DNA from: Candidatus Woesearchaeota archaeon | GTDB lineage: Archaea; Nanobdellota; Nanobdellia; SCGC-AAA011-G17; JACPIM01 | DNA: 64,000 nucleotides | Direction of reading: 5' to 3' | NCBI GenBank assembly: GCA_964513145.1 | Contig: CAZELK010000002.1 | Coordinates: forward strand, 1-64,000 | In this document: in pieces, positions 10,034 through 20,100 of the stretch | Layout of the letters: the number at the start of each line of letters is the position of its first letter | How positions within the stretch are numbered: the first letter of the stretch is position 1 | Position numbers and translations under genes: made by a program | Notes under the pieces: generated by a model | The model's database searches: none | What the model was told of the DNA's origin: nothing | Seen by the model: only the letters and a program-made list of their open reading frames with translations

Positions 10034-10639
10034 CTATAATTTTCTGCATTCCAATACAAATAGATAAGTGCCTTTCCTTATTCCAATTATTTTCTTATTC
10101 TTTATTATTAAAGGCAGATCTTTTATAAGTTCTGCTAAAAAATAATCTTTCCCTGACCCTAATAAAACCCTAATTGGCTGAAGAATTTTGGCAAAAAAAG
10201 AGGGTCTGGTTTTGAACTGGTCAACTACAACAATTTTTCCCTTAGGTTTTAAAACACGAATTATTTCTTTTAAAACTAAAATTGGTTGTGGCGTTACTCT
10301 CAAAACATAAGTCATTAATATTTTATCAAAATAATTATCTGGATATTTAATATTTGTTGCATCCATTTCTTCAAGCGTAATTTTTGCATTTGATTTCTTT
10401 TGTTTTGCTTTATAAAGCATTGAATTAGAAAAATCAATGCCAAATACTTCACAATATTTGGGGTATAATGGCAGATTAAGACCAGTCCCAACACCCACTT
10501 CCAAAACTTTCTCTCCATTTTTTATTTTTAGTTTCTGAATAACTTCATTTCTATCAAATTTATAACGAACATCAACAAAACTATCATAAAATTCTGACCA
10601 GAAAGCATAAATTATTTGAAGATATTTTTTTAAAAGCAT
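10034..10639 (-). CDS. Class I SAM methyltransferase (PmtA/UbiE-like)
   Basis: VLEVGVGTG motif. Confidence 0.85.
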   Translation of the reverse strand: MLLKKYLQIIYAFWSEFYDSFVDVRYKFDRNEVIQKLKIKNGEKVLEVGVGTGLNLPLYPKYCEVFGIDFSNSMLYKAKQKKSNAKITLEEMDATNIKYPDNYFDKILMTYVLRVTPQPILVLKEIIRVLKPKGKIVVVDQFKTRPSFFAKILQPIRVLLGSGKDYFLAELIKDLPLIIKNKKIIGIRKGTYLFVLECRKL

Positions 10640-10645
10640 GATCCA

Positions 10646-11521
10646 TCAACTTATAACACCATGACCAACTAAAACAGTATGCTCAGCTTGTGAAACTAAT
10701 GATTTGGATTTCTCGGGCAAAATAGTAAATTGTTCTATAATTTTTTCATTTTCAAGCATTTTTAATAATAATTTAGCTTTCAACCCAAACTCCTTAATTA
10801 TCCATCTTTCAGAAAATGGCAAGGTTCTATAATTTTCCTCTATAAATTTGATAATCTTTCTTGCGTCAAAATTTCTTGTATTTCTGATATTGTATAAAGA
10901 ATAAATTGAAGACATTTTTCCCTCAACAACAAGTCCTTGTCCAGTTGTTGCAAAAGGTTCTATGGCAATAACCATGTCTTCTTTTAATTTTGTTTTGTCA
11001 TTGTTATTGTAATTTGGAATAGTTGGCTGTGTATGGACTAAATATTGTCCCAGTCCATGGCCGCTTAAATTTTTAATAGGCGTAAAACCTGCCTTAGTAA
11101 TTTCATCTTGAATAACCCTGCCAATTTCAAAAATTTGTGTGCCTGGAACAGCCAATTTTACAGCCTCTTTCAAGGCATTTTCACTTGCCTCTATTAACTT
11201 CTGATTTTTATTTGAATTAATTTCAACAGTTACTGCAGTGTCAGCAATATACCCGTCAATATGAACACCCAAATCCACCTTAACTAGTTCGCCTTTTTTT
11301 AAAATTCTTTCATCTCCATGTAAAGGAGTATCATGAGCAGCTACTCCATCAACAGAAATATCAACTGGAAAAGCTGGTTTCCCACCTAATTCAATAATTT
11401 TATTTTCTATTTTATCAGCAATATCAATATATTTAGAATTTTCTTTTGTAATTTCTTTTGCATATTCCCTTGCCTTTCTTGCTATTTCTCCGGCCTTAAT
11501 TAAATTCTCCTTAAAATCCAT
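10646..11521 (-). CDS. map: Methionine aminopeptidase type II
   Basis: AFP, DLGVHIDGYIAD, LSGHG, IEPFAT, QAEHT. Confidence 0.97.
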   Translation of the reverse strand: MDFKENLIKAGEIARKAREYAKEITKENSKYIDIADKIENKIIELGGKPAFPVDISVDGVAAHDTPLHGDERILKKGELVKVDLGVHIDGYIADTAVTVEINSNKNQKLIEASENALKEAVKLAVPGTQIFEIGRVIQDEITKAGFTPIKNLSGHGLGQYLVHTQPTIPNYNNNDKTKLKEDMVIAIEPFATTGQGLVVEGKMSSIYSLYNIRNTRNFDARKIIKFIEENYRTLPFSERWIIKEFGLKAKLLLKMLENEKIIEQFTILPEKSKSLVSQAEHTVLVGHGVIS

Positions 11522-11573
11522 AGTATTAAATAAAACTGAAAATTTAAAAACCTACTCATTATTTTAAAGAAAT

Positions 11574-13874
11574 ATGAAGGGGTTTATTTTAGATTCTACT
11601 TATAAAACAATAGAAAGCAAGTCATGCATTTTATTATATGGAAGGCTGGAAAATAATGAGACTTTTCTAACAATAAACACATACAGGCCTTACTTTTACA
11701 TTAAAGAATCTGATTTAAAAAAAGCTTTAAGAATAAAAAATTTCTATTATGAAGAAAATAAATTCAAGAATTTTTCAAATGAAACTGTTGTAAAAGTAAT
11801 TGCAGATTTTCCAAGTGAAATAACAGAACTAAGAGAAAAATTTAAAGAAAATAAAATAGATTATTATGAAGCTGACTTGAAATTTGTCAATCGTTTTTTA
11901 ATTGATAGGGATATAAATAGTTCTTTAGATATAGATGGTGAGTTTGAAAGAAATGAAAAAATAGACAGAGTTTACAAAGAACCAAAATTAAAACCTGCGG
12001 ATTATTTTCCAAAAAACATAAAATTAGTATCATTAGATATAGAAACAGATTGCAAATCCGGAAAAATATTATACTGTGTTGGTCTATATGGAAAGGATTA
12101 TAACAAGGTTTTTCTAAACTCGAAAGATAAAGTTCAAAATGCAATAAGTTGCAATGATGAACTAGATTTGTTATTAAAATTCAAGGAAGAATTTTTTAAA
12201 TATGATCCAGATATAGTGACTGGATGGAATTTAGTTGATTTTGATTTAAAATATTTGCAAGAAAAATTTGATGAATATGGAATAGATTTCGATTTGGGAA
12301 GAAATAACGAGCGTGTAAGAATAAGAAAAGGGCGTAAGTTTTTTTCAAGCAGCAAAGCAGATATGCCTGGTCGCCAGGTTATAGATGGTATAAATCTGCT
12401 AATGACTTCATTTATTAAATTAAATGATTATAAATTAGATTCAGCAGCCCATCAATTTTTGGGCGAAAGAAAAACAATTGATAACAATAACAAGCACATA
12501 GAAATAGACAGGATGTACAAAGAAGATCAAAAGAAATTAGTTGAATATAATTTAAATGACTGCAAGCTGGTTTATGATATAATTCAAAAAACAGATGTCC
12601 TAAATCTAAGCATTCAAAGGTCGCTATTAACAGGCATGCCATTAGATAATGTAAAGGCATCAATAGCTTCATTAGATTCTTTATACATAAAAGAAGCAAT
12701 AAAAAGAAAAATTGTTTGCCCAACAGGGAAATATGATGATAGTGAAGAAAGAATAACTGGCGGTTATGTTATGGATAGCAAGCCGGGAATTTATGATTAT
12801 ATTTTGGTCTTGGATTTTAAAAGTTTGTATCCTTCCTTGATAAGAACATTCAACATAGATCCATATTCTTTTACAAAAGAAAAAACAAAAGATGTGATTA
12901 TTGCTCCAAATAAGGCTATGTTTAGAAATGAAGAAGGAATATTACCTGAAATAATTAAGAAATTACATAGTGAAAGAGAAAAAGCAAAAAAAGAAAATAA
13001 TAAGCCTGCAAGTTATGCTATAAAGATATTGCAAAATAGTTTCTTTGGTGTTCTTGCATCTTCCAGTTGCAGATTTTATAATCTAGAAATTGCTAATGCA
13101 ATTACTCACTTTGCCCGATATATTATCCAATTAACTGCTAAAAAAATTAATGAATTGGGTTATGAAGTTATCTACGAAGATACAGATTCGAATTTTGTAA
13201 TTTCAAATGCAAAAAATTACGAAGAAGCAAATAAAATTGGTAAGAAAATTGAGGAATATATAAATAGTTTTTATAAAGAATATATCAAAAAAGAATACAA
13301 AAGAACAAGTGTTCTGGAATTGCAATTTGAGAAATGTTTTATAAGATTTTTAATGCCAAAATTAAGGGGTTCTGAGAAAGGAGCTAAAAAGAGATATGCT
13401 GGTTTAATATTAAATGATAAAGGTAAAGAAGAAATTTCATTTACAGGACTTGAGAATATTCGTAGTGATTGGACTGATGCTGCTAAAAAATTCCAGTATG
13501 AATTATTAAATAGAGTTTTCCATAAAGAAGAAGTTTTCAATTTTGTTAAACAATTTGTTAAAGATTTAAGATCAGGAAAATTTGATAAAGATTTAGTTTA
13601 TCGAAAATCAATTAGAAAGGATTTAAAGGATTATGCCAATCTTCCTCCCCACGTAAAAGCTGCCAGAAAATTAGATAAATTAGAAAGCAGTATTATAGAA
13701 TATTACATAACTGAAGATGGACCAGAACCAATTCAAAAATTAAGGCATAAAATAGACTATGATCATTATATAAACAAACAGATTAAGCCTATAGCAGACG
13801 CAATTTTATTATTTTTTGATAAAAAATTTGATGATATGACAAAAGGAAAACAAAATACATTATTTGATTTTTAA
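11574..13874 (+). CDS. polB: Family B DNA polymerase (Pol II-like)
   Basis: Exonuclease DIET, DFKSLYPS, KILQNSFFG, YEDTDS, KKRYAG. Confidence 0.95.
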   Translation: MKGFILDSTYKTIESKSCILLYGRLENNETFLTINTYRPYFYIKESDLKKALRIKNFYYEENKFKNFSNETVVKVIADFPSEITELREKFKENKIDYYEADLKFVNRFLIDRDINSSLDIDGEFERNEKIDRVYKEPKLKPADYFPKNIKLVSLDIETDCKSGKILYCVGLYGKDYNKVFLNSKDKVQNAISCNDELDLLLKFKEEFFKYDPDIVTGWNLVDFDLKYLQEKFDEYGIDFDLGRNNERVRIRKGRKFFSSSKADMPGRQVIDGINLLMTSFIKLNDYKLDSAAHQFLGERKTIDNNNKHIEIDRMYKEDQKKLVEYNLNDCKLVYDIIQKTDVLNLSIQRSLLTGMPLDNVKASIASLDSLYIKEAIKRKIVCPTGKYDDSEERITGGYVMDSKPGIYDYILVLDFKSLYPSLIRTFNIDPYSFTKEKTKDVIIAPNKAMFRNEEGILPEIIKKLHSEREKAKKENNKPASYAIKILQNSFFGVLASSSCRFYNLEIANAITHFARYIIQLTAKKINELGYEVIYEDTDSNFVISNAKNYEEANKIGKKIEEYINSFYKEYIKKEYKRTSVLELQFEKCFIRFLMPKLRGSEKGAKKRYAGLILNDKGKEEISFTGLENIRSDWTDAAKKFQYELLNRVFHKEEVFNFVKQFVKDLRSGKFDKDLVYRKSIRKDLKDYANLPPHVKAARKLDKLESSIIEYYITEDGPEPIQKLRHKIDYDHYINKQIKPIADAILLFFDKKFDDMTKGKQNTLFDF

Positions 13875-14508
13875 AATGAAACTCTATTTAGTTCGTCATG
13901 CACAATCATTAAGAAATGTAGGAGAAGAGCATGATAAATTATCAGAAACTGGTATAGAGCAGGCTAAAAGATTGGGCTTATTTTTAAAAGACAGGCATAT
14001 AGATAAGATATATTGCAGCAAAAAAGGGAGGACTAAAGAAACTTTAGAATATATTCAAAAATACATAAAAGCTCCAGTAACATTTACAGAACAAATTCAA
14101 GAACAAAATACAGGCGTGTTTGAAAACAAGTCTGATAAAGAATTTTTTTATCATATAATGTCATTAAAATTAAAAGGAAGGGAATTTGCAGAATATACGC
14201 CAGAAGGGAATGGAGAAAATTTGTTTGAAGTTGAAAAAAGAGCCCAGGAATTTTTAGATAATATAAAAAAAGAGCATAAATCCAAAGAACATATTTTAAT
14301 AGTATCTCATAGCACCTTCCTGAGGTTGCTTGTTTTAAGAATTTTAAAATTGCATTTAAAAGAAATGCAGTACTTTAGCATTCACAATGCTTCATTATCA
14401 ACCTTTGAATTGGATGAAACTTTTAATGTTAAAGACTTTGAAATTGATGACTATAAGCACCTATTAAAATTCTCTTCATATAAAAGAGAGACTGTAGAAA
14501 AAGTTTAA
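13864..14508 (+). CDS. Histidine phosphatase family protein
   Basis: LYLVRHAQ, IQEQNTG, IVSH. Confidence 0.9.
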   Translation: MIFKMKLYLVRHAQSLRNVGEEHDKLSETGIEQAKRLGLFLKDRHIDKIYCSKKGRTKETLEYIQKYIKAPVTFTEQIQEQNTGVFENKSDKEFFYHIMSLKLKGREFAEYTPEGNGENLFEVEKRAQEFLDNIKKEHKSKEHILIVSHSTFLRLLVLRILKLHLKEMQYFSIHNASLSTFELDETFNVKDFEIDDYKHLLKFSSYKRETVEKV

Positions 14509-14576
14509 TTTAAATTTTCGAAATAAACAAGCAATTTTCGTATTATTTTCGATTTTTCTTACGTAAAATTTATAAA

Positions 14577-14593
14577 CTATAGAATCTCTATAG
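14577..14593. promoter_or_regulatory. Palindrome CTATAG-AATCT-CTATAG upstream of the antitoxin; likely autoregulatory operator
   Basis: Seen in sequence just before ATG 14599. Confidence 0.45.
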
Positions 14594-14598
14594 CTAGT

Positions 14599-14823
14599 AT
14601 GATAACAACAATTCAAATACACGAAAAAGTTAAAACCGCTTTAGATAAGCTAAAAGACTCAAAAAATAAGACTTATGAAGAAGTTATTCTAGATTTAATG
14701 AAAAAAGCCGAAATAGAAAAAAGGAAGAGTAAAGAATTATTAATAGAAGGGTGTAAAGAAATGGCAGAAGATTCTTTAAAAATAACAAATGAATGGGCTT
14801 ATGCTGATAAAGATTGGGATTAA
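14599..14823 (+). CDS. Putative antitoxin (RHH-like)
   Basis: MITTIQIHEKVKTALDKLK...TYEEVI; directly upstream of mazF. Confidence 0.75.
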   Translation: MITTIQIHEKVKTALDKLKDSKNKTYEEVILDLMKKAEIEKRKSKELLIEGCKEMAEDSLKITNEWAYADKDWD

Positions 14824-14824
14824 A

Positions 14825-15169
14825 ATGATAGTTCAAAGAGGTGAAATTTTTCTTGTAAACCTAGACCCTGTTAAAGGATCAGAACAAGGAAATATCAGAC
14901 CAGCATTAATAATTCAAAATGATTCTAGTAATCAATATAGTCCAACTACTATAGTTGCTCCAATTACTTCTAAGATTTACACCAAAGAATTTCCCACAAA
15001 TGTAGAAATATTAAAAAATGAAGGTGGACTAGAAAAAGAGTCTACAATTTTATTAAATCAAATTCGAACAATAGATAAAACGCGTATAATTAAAAAATTG
15101 AAAAAAATAAATCCTGAAACAATGATGAAAGTGGATTTAGCTATAAAATCAAGTTTGGGTTTAGATTAA
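14825..15169 (+). CDS. mazF: MazF/PemK endoribonuclease toxin
   Basis: RGEIFLVNLDPVKGSEQGNIRPALIIQND, LNQIRTIDKTR. Confidence 0.95.
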   Translation: MIVQRGEIFLVNLDPVKGSEQGNIRPALIIQNDSSNQYSPTTIVAPITSKIYTKEFPTNVEILKNEGGLEKESTILLNQIRTIDKTRIIKKLKKINPETMMKVDLAIKSSLGLD

Positions 15170-15828
15170 TTTTTAATATAGTTCATTAAATCCTGTTTAA
15201 CATTAATTAATTGTACATTTTCTGGATTAAAAATAAATGTATCTTTAGCATCAAAATAACCACATCTGAAATTTTCTAAAGGCAAATTTATTCTTTTGCT
15301 CAGCATTAAAGCATAGAAGTAAGTTTGTGTGCTTGCATATTTCTCTTTTGCTGCATTTGGCTTATAATCCCATATCCAGATCTTGTCTCCTTCAATTCTC
15401 AATAAATCTATATGTCCAGTTAAAGTTTCATCTGTGTTAAAAATCTCCTTATACAAACTCAATTCATTGTGATTTAACCAAATTGGAACTTCAATAGCAA
15501 CGGTTTTAGGATCATTTTCAAGCATGAAATTCTGAACTCGAGGATGGTTTTCAAAAAATCTTTCTTTATTAATTTCTAAGCCGTATTTTGCCAATAAACA
15601 AATTTCATAATCAATAAGATGGGTTATATTTACAGAGGGGATCTGAAATTTTAATGCTGAACTTCTTGGTCCTTTAAAAAAATATTCATTTGGACAATTT
15701 TTAAGCATATGACTCAGGTACTTTGCCAGGGAACAAAAATTTTGATTGCAAAGCAAATTAATTTTTGGATTATGAATTTTAAAATCATAAAATCCGCCAG
15801 GATGTCCCAATACAGTATGTGTTATCAT
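15166..15828 (-). CDS. PD-(D/E)XK nuclease family protein
   Basis: EVPIW...GHIDLL...IWDYKP...QTYFYA. Confidence 0.8.
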   Translation of the reverse strand: MITHTVLGHPGGFYDFKIHNPKINLLCNQNFCSLAKYLSHMLKNCPNEYFFKGPRSSALKFQIPSVNITHLIDYEICLLAKYGLEINKERFFENHPRVQNFMLENDPKTVAIEVPIWLNHNELSLYKEIFNTDETLTGHIDLLRIEGDKIWIWDYKPNAAKEKYASTQTYFYALMLSKRINLPLENFRCGYFDAKDTFIFNPENVQLINVKQDLMNYIKN

Positions 15829-15859
15829 TCAACCTCTTTTTCTAAAATTTCATAAAAGA

Positions 15860-16369
15860 CTATCTTAATAAAATAAATTTAGTTCTTTCATCCAAGTCTA
15901 TAAAACTGTCGACTTCTTCAATTAATTTTGAGCTTGTGCTTTTTCCAAAAGATATGCCTTCAACTCTGCATCCAATTGCTCTTTGTAAATGTTCTACCAA
16001 AGGCAAGAAATCACCGTCACCAGAGATTAAAATAACAGTGTCTAATTTTGGACCTAATTCAATAGCATCCATTGCAATTCCAACATCCCAATCCCCTTTT
16101 TTTGCACCCCCATAAAATATTTGCAAATCTTTTGACTTTATCTCAAATCCAATCTGCTCCAAGGCGTCAAAAAAACTCTTTTCAGCAAGAACATCTGTTT
16201 TAATAACATAAGCCAGTGCCCTCACTAATTTTCTGCCACCGACAGCTATTTTCAGTAATTCTTTAAAATTTATTTTAGCATTATAAATATTTTTTGCAGA
16301 ATAATATAAGTTTTGTACATCAACAAAAATACCGACTCTCTGGTCTTTCGGTTGCTTAATCATATACAC
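15860..16369 (-). CDS. NYN domain protein (LabA/DUF88)
   Basis: FVDVQNLY, KKGDWDVGIAMD, SGDGDF. Confidence 0.92.
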   Translation of the reverse strand: MYMIKQPKDQRVGIFVDVQNLYYSAKNIYNAKINFKELLKIAVGGRKLVRALAYVIKTDVLAEKSFFDALEQIGFEIKSKDLQIFYGGAKKGDWDVGIAMDAIELGPKLDTVILISGDGDFLPLVEHLQRAIGCRVEGISFGKSTSSKLIEEVDSFIDLDERTKFILLR

Positions 16370-16479
16370 ACCCCATTTTAAATTTGTAAACCCTTTTAAT
16401 TATAAATCTTTGGGTTAATTTAAAAAGTGAAAATAGTTATTAAATAAACTTAAATATTAATTATAACTCTAATTTTAAC

Positions 16480-17496
16480 ATGGGTGTAAAATTAGGCAAG
16501 TTATTGTACAGACAAGAAATAAATTTTGACAGTTTAAGGGGAAAAACAATATCAGTTGATTTTAGCAATTCAGCTTATCAGTTCCTTTCATCTATTAGGC
16601 AGCCTGATGGAACTCCATTAAAAGACTCGTCTGGAAATACAACATCTCATTTAATGGGCATATGGACAAGATTTTCTAATTTAATTGGAAAAGGTGTAAA
16701 ATTAATTATAGTGCTGGATGGGGAAATGCCAGCATTAAAAAAAAGAACCTCAGAAGAAAGGGCTGGAAAAAAAGTAATTGCCCAGGAATTATATGAAAAG
16801 GCTGTTGATGAAGAGGATTTAGAATCAATGAATCTTTATGCTAAGCAAACTTCTTTCTTAACAAAGGATATGGTTAAAGAAAGCAGGGAATTAATGGACT
16901 CCATGGGATTGCCAGTTATTCAAGCACCAGCAGAAGCAGATGCCCAGATGGCTTATTTATGTAAAAATAATGATGCCTGGGCTGCAGCAACAAGCGATGT
17001 AGATCCTTTATTGCATGGTTGTCAGAGAACTATAACAAATTTGACTCTGACTCAAAGAAAGAAATTGCGTTCAGGAAGTACCACTAAAATAAACCCAGAA
17101 TTAGTTAACTTGGATGAAAATTTAAAAAAGCTCGGCCTTACTCAGGAGAAATTAATTTTGCTTTCAATTTTAGTTGGTACAGATTACAATAAAGGAATAA
17201 AAGGCATTGGACCAAAAAAAGCATTAAAATTAGTTAAAGAAAATAATGACTACAATAAAATGTTTTCTAATGCAGGAGCAGATTTTAATTGGAAGGAAAT
17301 ATATGAACTATTTGTAAATATGAAAGTTCAAAAAGATTATATGCTTAAATGGGAAAAACCAAATACTGAAAAAATTAAGAGCTTGCTAGTTGAGAAACAT
17401 GAGTTTAATGAAGAGCGCGTAAATAAAGTTCTAGAAAGTCTTGATCAAAGCAATAAAGAATTCCAGCAAAAAGGCTTGGATAGCTGGGTGAAATAA
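16480..17496 (+). CDS. fen: Flap endonuclease 1
   Basis: MGVKL, YQFLSSIRQPDG, EADAQ, GTDYN..GIGPKKAL, C-terminal PIP box QKGLDSW. Confidence 0.97.
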   Translation: MGVKLGKLLYRQEINFDSLRGKTISVDFSNSAYQFLSSIRQPDGTPLKDSSGNTTSHLMGIWTRFSNLIGKGVKLIIVLDGEMPALKKRTSEERAGKKVIAQELYEKAVDEEDLESMNLYAKQTSFLTKDMVKESRELMDSMGLPVIQAPAEADAQMAYLCKNNDAWAAATSDVDPLLHGCQRTITNLTLTQRKKLRSGSTTKINPELVNLDENLKKLGLTQEKLILLSILVGTDYNKGIKGIGPKKALKLVKENNDYNKMFSNAGADFNWKEIYELFVNMKVQKDYMLKWEKPNTEKIKSLLVEKHEFNEERVNKVLESLDQSNKEFQQKGLDSWVK

Positions 17497-18390
17497 TTGG
17501 AAGAGTGGTTTATTTTGGCTTTATATGCTGCTGCATTTGCCACATTTTCAACAATACTAGATAAAAAAATCTTATATAAAGAGCATGCCCTAGAATATGT
17601 AACTACATGGGCTATAGCAACTTTTTTTCTTAGCGCGCCATTTTTTATTTTTAAAATTAATTTCAATTTTGAAATTTATATTTGGGGCATATTAATTTTA
17701 GTTTCTATCATAAATACAGCTGGTTTAATATATTTAGCAAAGGCATTCAGGCATTTAAAAATCTCAGTTGCCTCGCCTCTGATGGGTTTTGAACCTGTCT
17801 TCGTTGTTTTATTGTCATTTTTATTTTTAAAAGAACAGATAAGCAGCACACAAGGATGGGGTCTTATGTTAATAATGGCTGGTGGATATTTATTGGAATT
17901 AAAAAAAGACAAATTCAGTTTAATACAGCCGATAAAAGATGCAATAAATTCGAAATATATTCACTATGGTCTTCTGTCAATTGTATTTTATAGTTTTAGT
18001 TCAGTAATCAGCAGGTTTATTATAAATACAGAAAATAGTTCTGGCTTAAACATATATACTTATCATGTTATTGTAAGATTTTTTGTGGCTTTTTTTCTTT
18101 TAATTCTTTTGTCAGTATTTTATGATGGCATACAGGGAGTTAAAAACGGGATTAAAAAAATGGGTTGGCTATTATTGCCAGCTTCATTCTTGTCAGTAGC
18201 ACATGGCTTATTAACATTAAAGGCTTTTTCTATACCTTCAGCAAACGCAGGTCTTGTATTGGCTGTAAAAAGAATCAGCATATTTTTTGAAACTTTAATT
18301 GGCGGAGAATTATTTCATGATAAAGATTTAATGATTAAAGTAATTTCAAGCATAACAATGATAATTGGAGCCTATTTAATGTTAAGATGA
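17497..18390 (+). CDS. EamA/DMT-family transporter
   Basis: About 10 TM helices in two repeats; TTG start. Confidence 0.8.
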   Translation: MEEWFILALYAAAFATFSTILDKKILYKEHALEYVTTWAIATFFLSAPFFIFKINFNFEIYIWGILILVSIINTAGLIYLAKAFRHLKISVASPLMGFEPVFVVLLSFLFLKEQISSTQGWGLMLIMAGGYLLELKKDKFSLIQPIKDAINSKYIHYGLLSIVFYSFSSVISRFIINTENSSGLNIYTYHVIVRFFVAFFLLILLSVFYDGIQGVKNGIKKMGWLLLPASFLSVAHGLLTLKAFSIPSANAGLVLAVKRISIFFETLIGGELFHDKDLMIKVISSITMIIGAYLMLR

Positions 18391-19232
18391 AAATTAAGGA
18401 ATTTTTAAAAGATAAAATACAGGAGACTAAATTAAATTATATACCTGCATCCTTTGATGTTATTGGAAATATCTGTATAATTGAAATCAAGGATGAAATA
18501 AAAAAACATGAAAAATTAATAGGTAATGCAATTTTAGAATTAAATAAAAATATAAAAAGTGTTTTTAAAAAAATTAGTGCAAGAAGAGGGAAATACAGGA
18601 CATATAAATTAAAGTTGATCTGTGGTGAAGATAATAAAGAAACAATTTACAAAGAAAACGGAGTTTTTTTTAAATTGGATGTTGAAAAATGTTATTTCAC
18701 ACCTAGGTGGAGCAATGAAAGGTTAAGAATAAGCAAATTAGTCGGGAAAAATGAAAATGTTTTAGTGATGTTTTCAGGCATAGGCAGCTTTATTTATGTT
18801 ATATTAAAAAACAGCAGCCCAAAATCAGTTTATGGAATTGAAATAAACAAAACAGCACACAAATATGCCATGGAAAACTTAAGATTAAATAAATTTGATG
18901 AAAATAAAGTTAAATTATTCAATGGGGATGTAAAAAATATTCTTCCCAAAATAAAAATAAAATTTGACAGGATTTTAATGCCTTTGCCAAAAGAAAGTTA
19001 TAAATTTTTGGATATTGCAATTAAAAGATTAAAGAAAAATGGCATAATTCATTACTACACATTCTTGGAAGAGCCAAAAGAAAAACTAAATTCTAAAAAA
19101 TTAGAAGATTATTGGAAAAAGTTGTTAAAAGAACAGTTAAAAATAAAAAATCTGAAAATTGTAAAAATAAGAAAATCAGGTGTATACGCCCCAAGGATAT
19201 CAAGGGTTTGTGCTGATATAAAAGCAGCTTAA
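18387..19232 (+). CDS. Trm5/Taw2 (Met-10+) tRNA methyltransferase family
   Basis: FDVIGNI, TIYKENG, YFTPR..NER, MFSGIG, DRILMPLP. Confidence 0.88.
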   Translation: MKIKEFLKDKIQETKLNYIPASFDVIGNICIIEIKDEIKKHEKLIGNAILELNKNIKSVFKKISARRGKYRTYKLKLICGEDNKETIYKENGVFFKLDVEKCYFTPRWSNERLRISKLVGKNENVLVMFSGIGSFIYVILKNSSPKSVYGIEINKTAHKYAMENLRLNKFDENKVKLFNGDVKNILPKIKIKFDRILMPLPKESYKFLDIAIKRLKKNGIIHYYTFLEEPKEKLNSKKLEDYWKKLLKEQLKIKNLKIVKIRKSGVYAPRISRVCADIKAA

Positions 19233-19267
19233 GATAAATTTAAAAATCAAAGGTTTCTTCAAATAAT

Positions 19268-19789
19268 ATGATAAATAAAAAAAATTTAGGAATGATAATT
19301 TTAGTAGTTTCAATAATATTTTTAATGACTATTGTAATATTTTCTTATCAGATAAATAATTTGATTTCAGAATTAATGAAATTAAGCAATAATAACTGCT
19401 TTATAAATGGTGAATGTACTCATCAGCAAAGCAATTTGCCAATTTACATAGGCTTGATAGCTGTAACTTTAAACATAGTTCTTGGGATTTACATAATTAT
19501 TCTTAATAAATCAGAACGTGAAGTAAAAAACTATATTGATACAGAAAAGAAGCAAAAAAATAAAGAAGAAAGATTTGAAATTATTTTAAAAGCTCTTGAC
19601 GAAGATGAAAAAAAGATAATAAAAGCAGTAAAAGAACAGGATGGAATTTCACAGTCAACATTAAGGATAAGAACAGATATGAGCAAAGCTAAATTAAGTG
19701 TTGTTTTAAGCAATCTGGAAAAGAAAAATCTCATTAAAAAAGTACAGACTGGAAAATTCAATAAAATATTTCTTAAAATAGCTTTATGA
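19268..19789 (+). CDS. Membrane-anchored winged-HTH protein
   Basis: Two TM helices then GISQSTLRIRTDMSKAKLSVVLSNLEKK. Confidence 0.75.
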   Translation: MINKKNLGMIILVVSIIFLMTIVIFSYQINNLISELMKLSNNNCFINGECTHQQSNLPIYIGLIAVTLNIVLGIYIIILNKSEREVKNYIDTEKKQKNKEERFEIILKALDEDEKKIIKAVKEQDGISQSTLRIRTDMSKAKLSVVLSNLEKKNLIKKVQTGKFNKIFLKIAL

Positions 19790-19879
19790 ACGATTCTGAA
19801 CGGTTATAATGCATTCTCAGCCAAAATAAGACCTACAGTTTCTCAGGTTAAATATAAATAGGGTTTTATTCACAAAAAA

Positions 19880-20080
19880 ATGATGAAATTAAAATTAAAC
19901 ATAAATGGAATGCACTGTAAAAGTTGTGAAGTTCTGATCAAGGAAAGTCTGAATGATATTAATGTAAAAGCTGAAGTTGACTATGAAAAAGGCACAGTTG
20001 AAGTTGAATTTAATGAAAAAGAAACAAGCCTGGATAAAATAAAAGAAATTATATCAAAAGAAGGCTATAAAGTTGAATAA
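19880..20080 (+). CDS. copZ: Copper chaperone (HMA domain)
   Basis: GMHCKSC in a 66-aa protein. Confidence 0.9.
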   Translation: MMKLKLNINGMHCKSCEVLIKESLNDINVKAEVDYEKGTVEVEFNEKETSLDKIKEIISKEGYKVE

Positions 20081-20100
20081 AATATCTGATATAATAAAAA

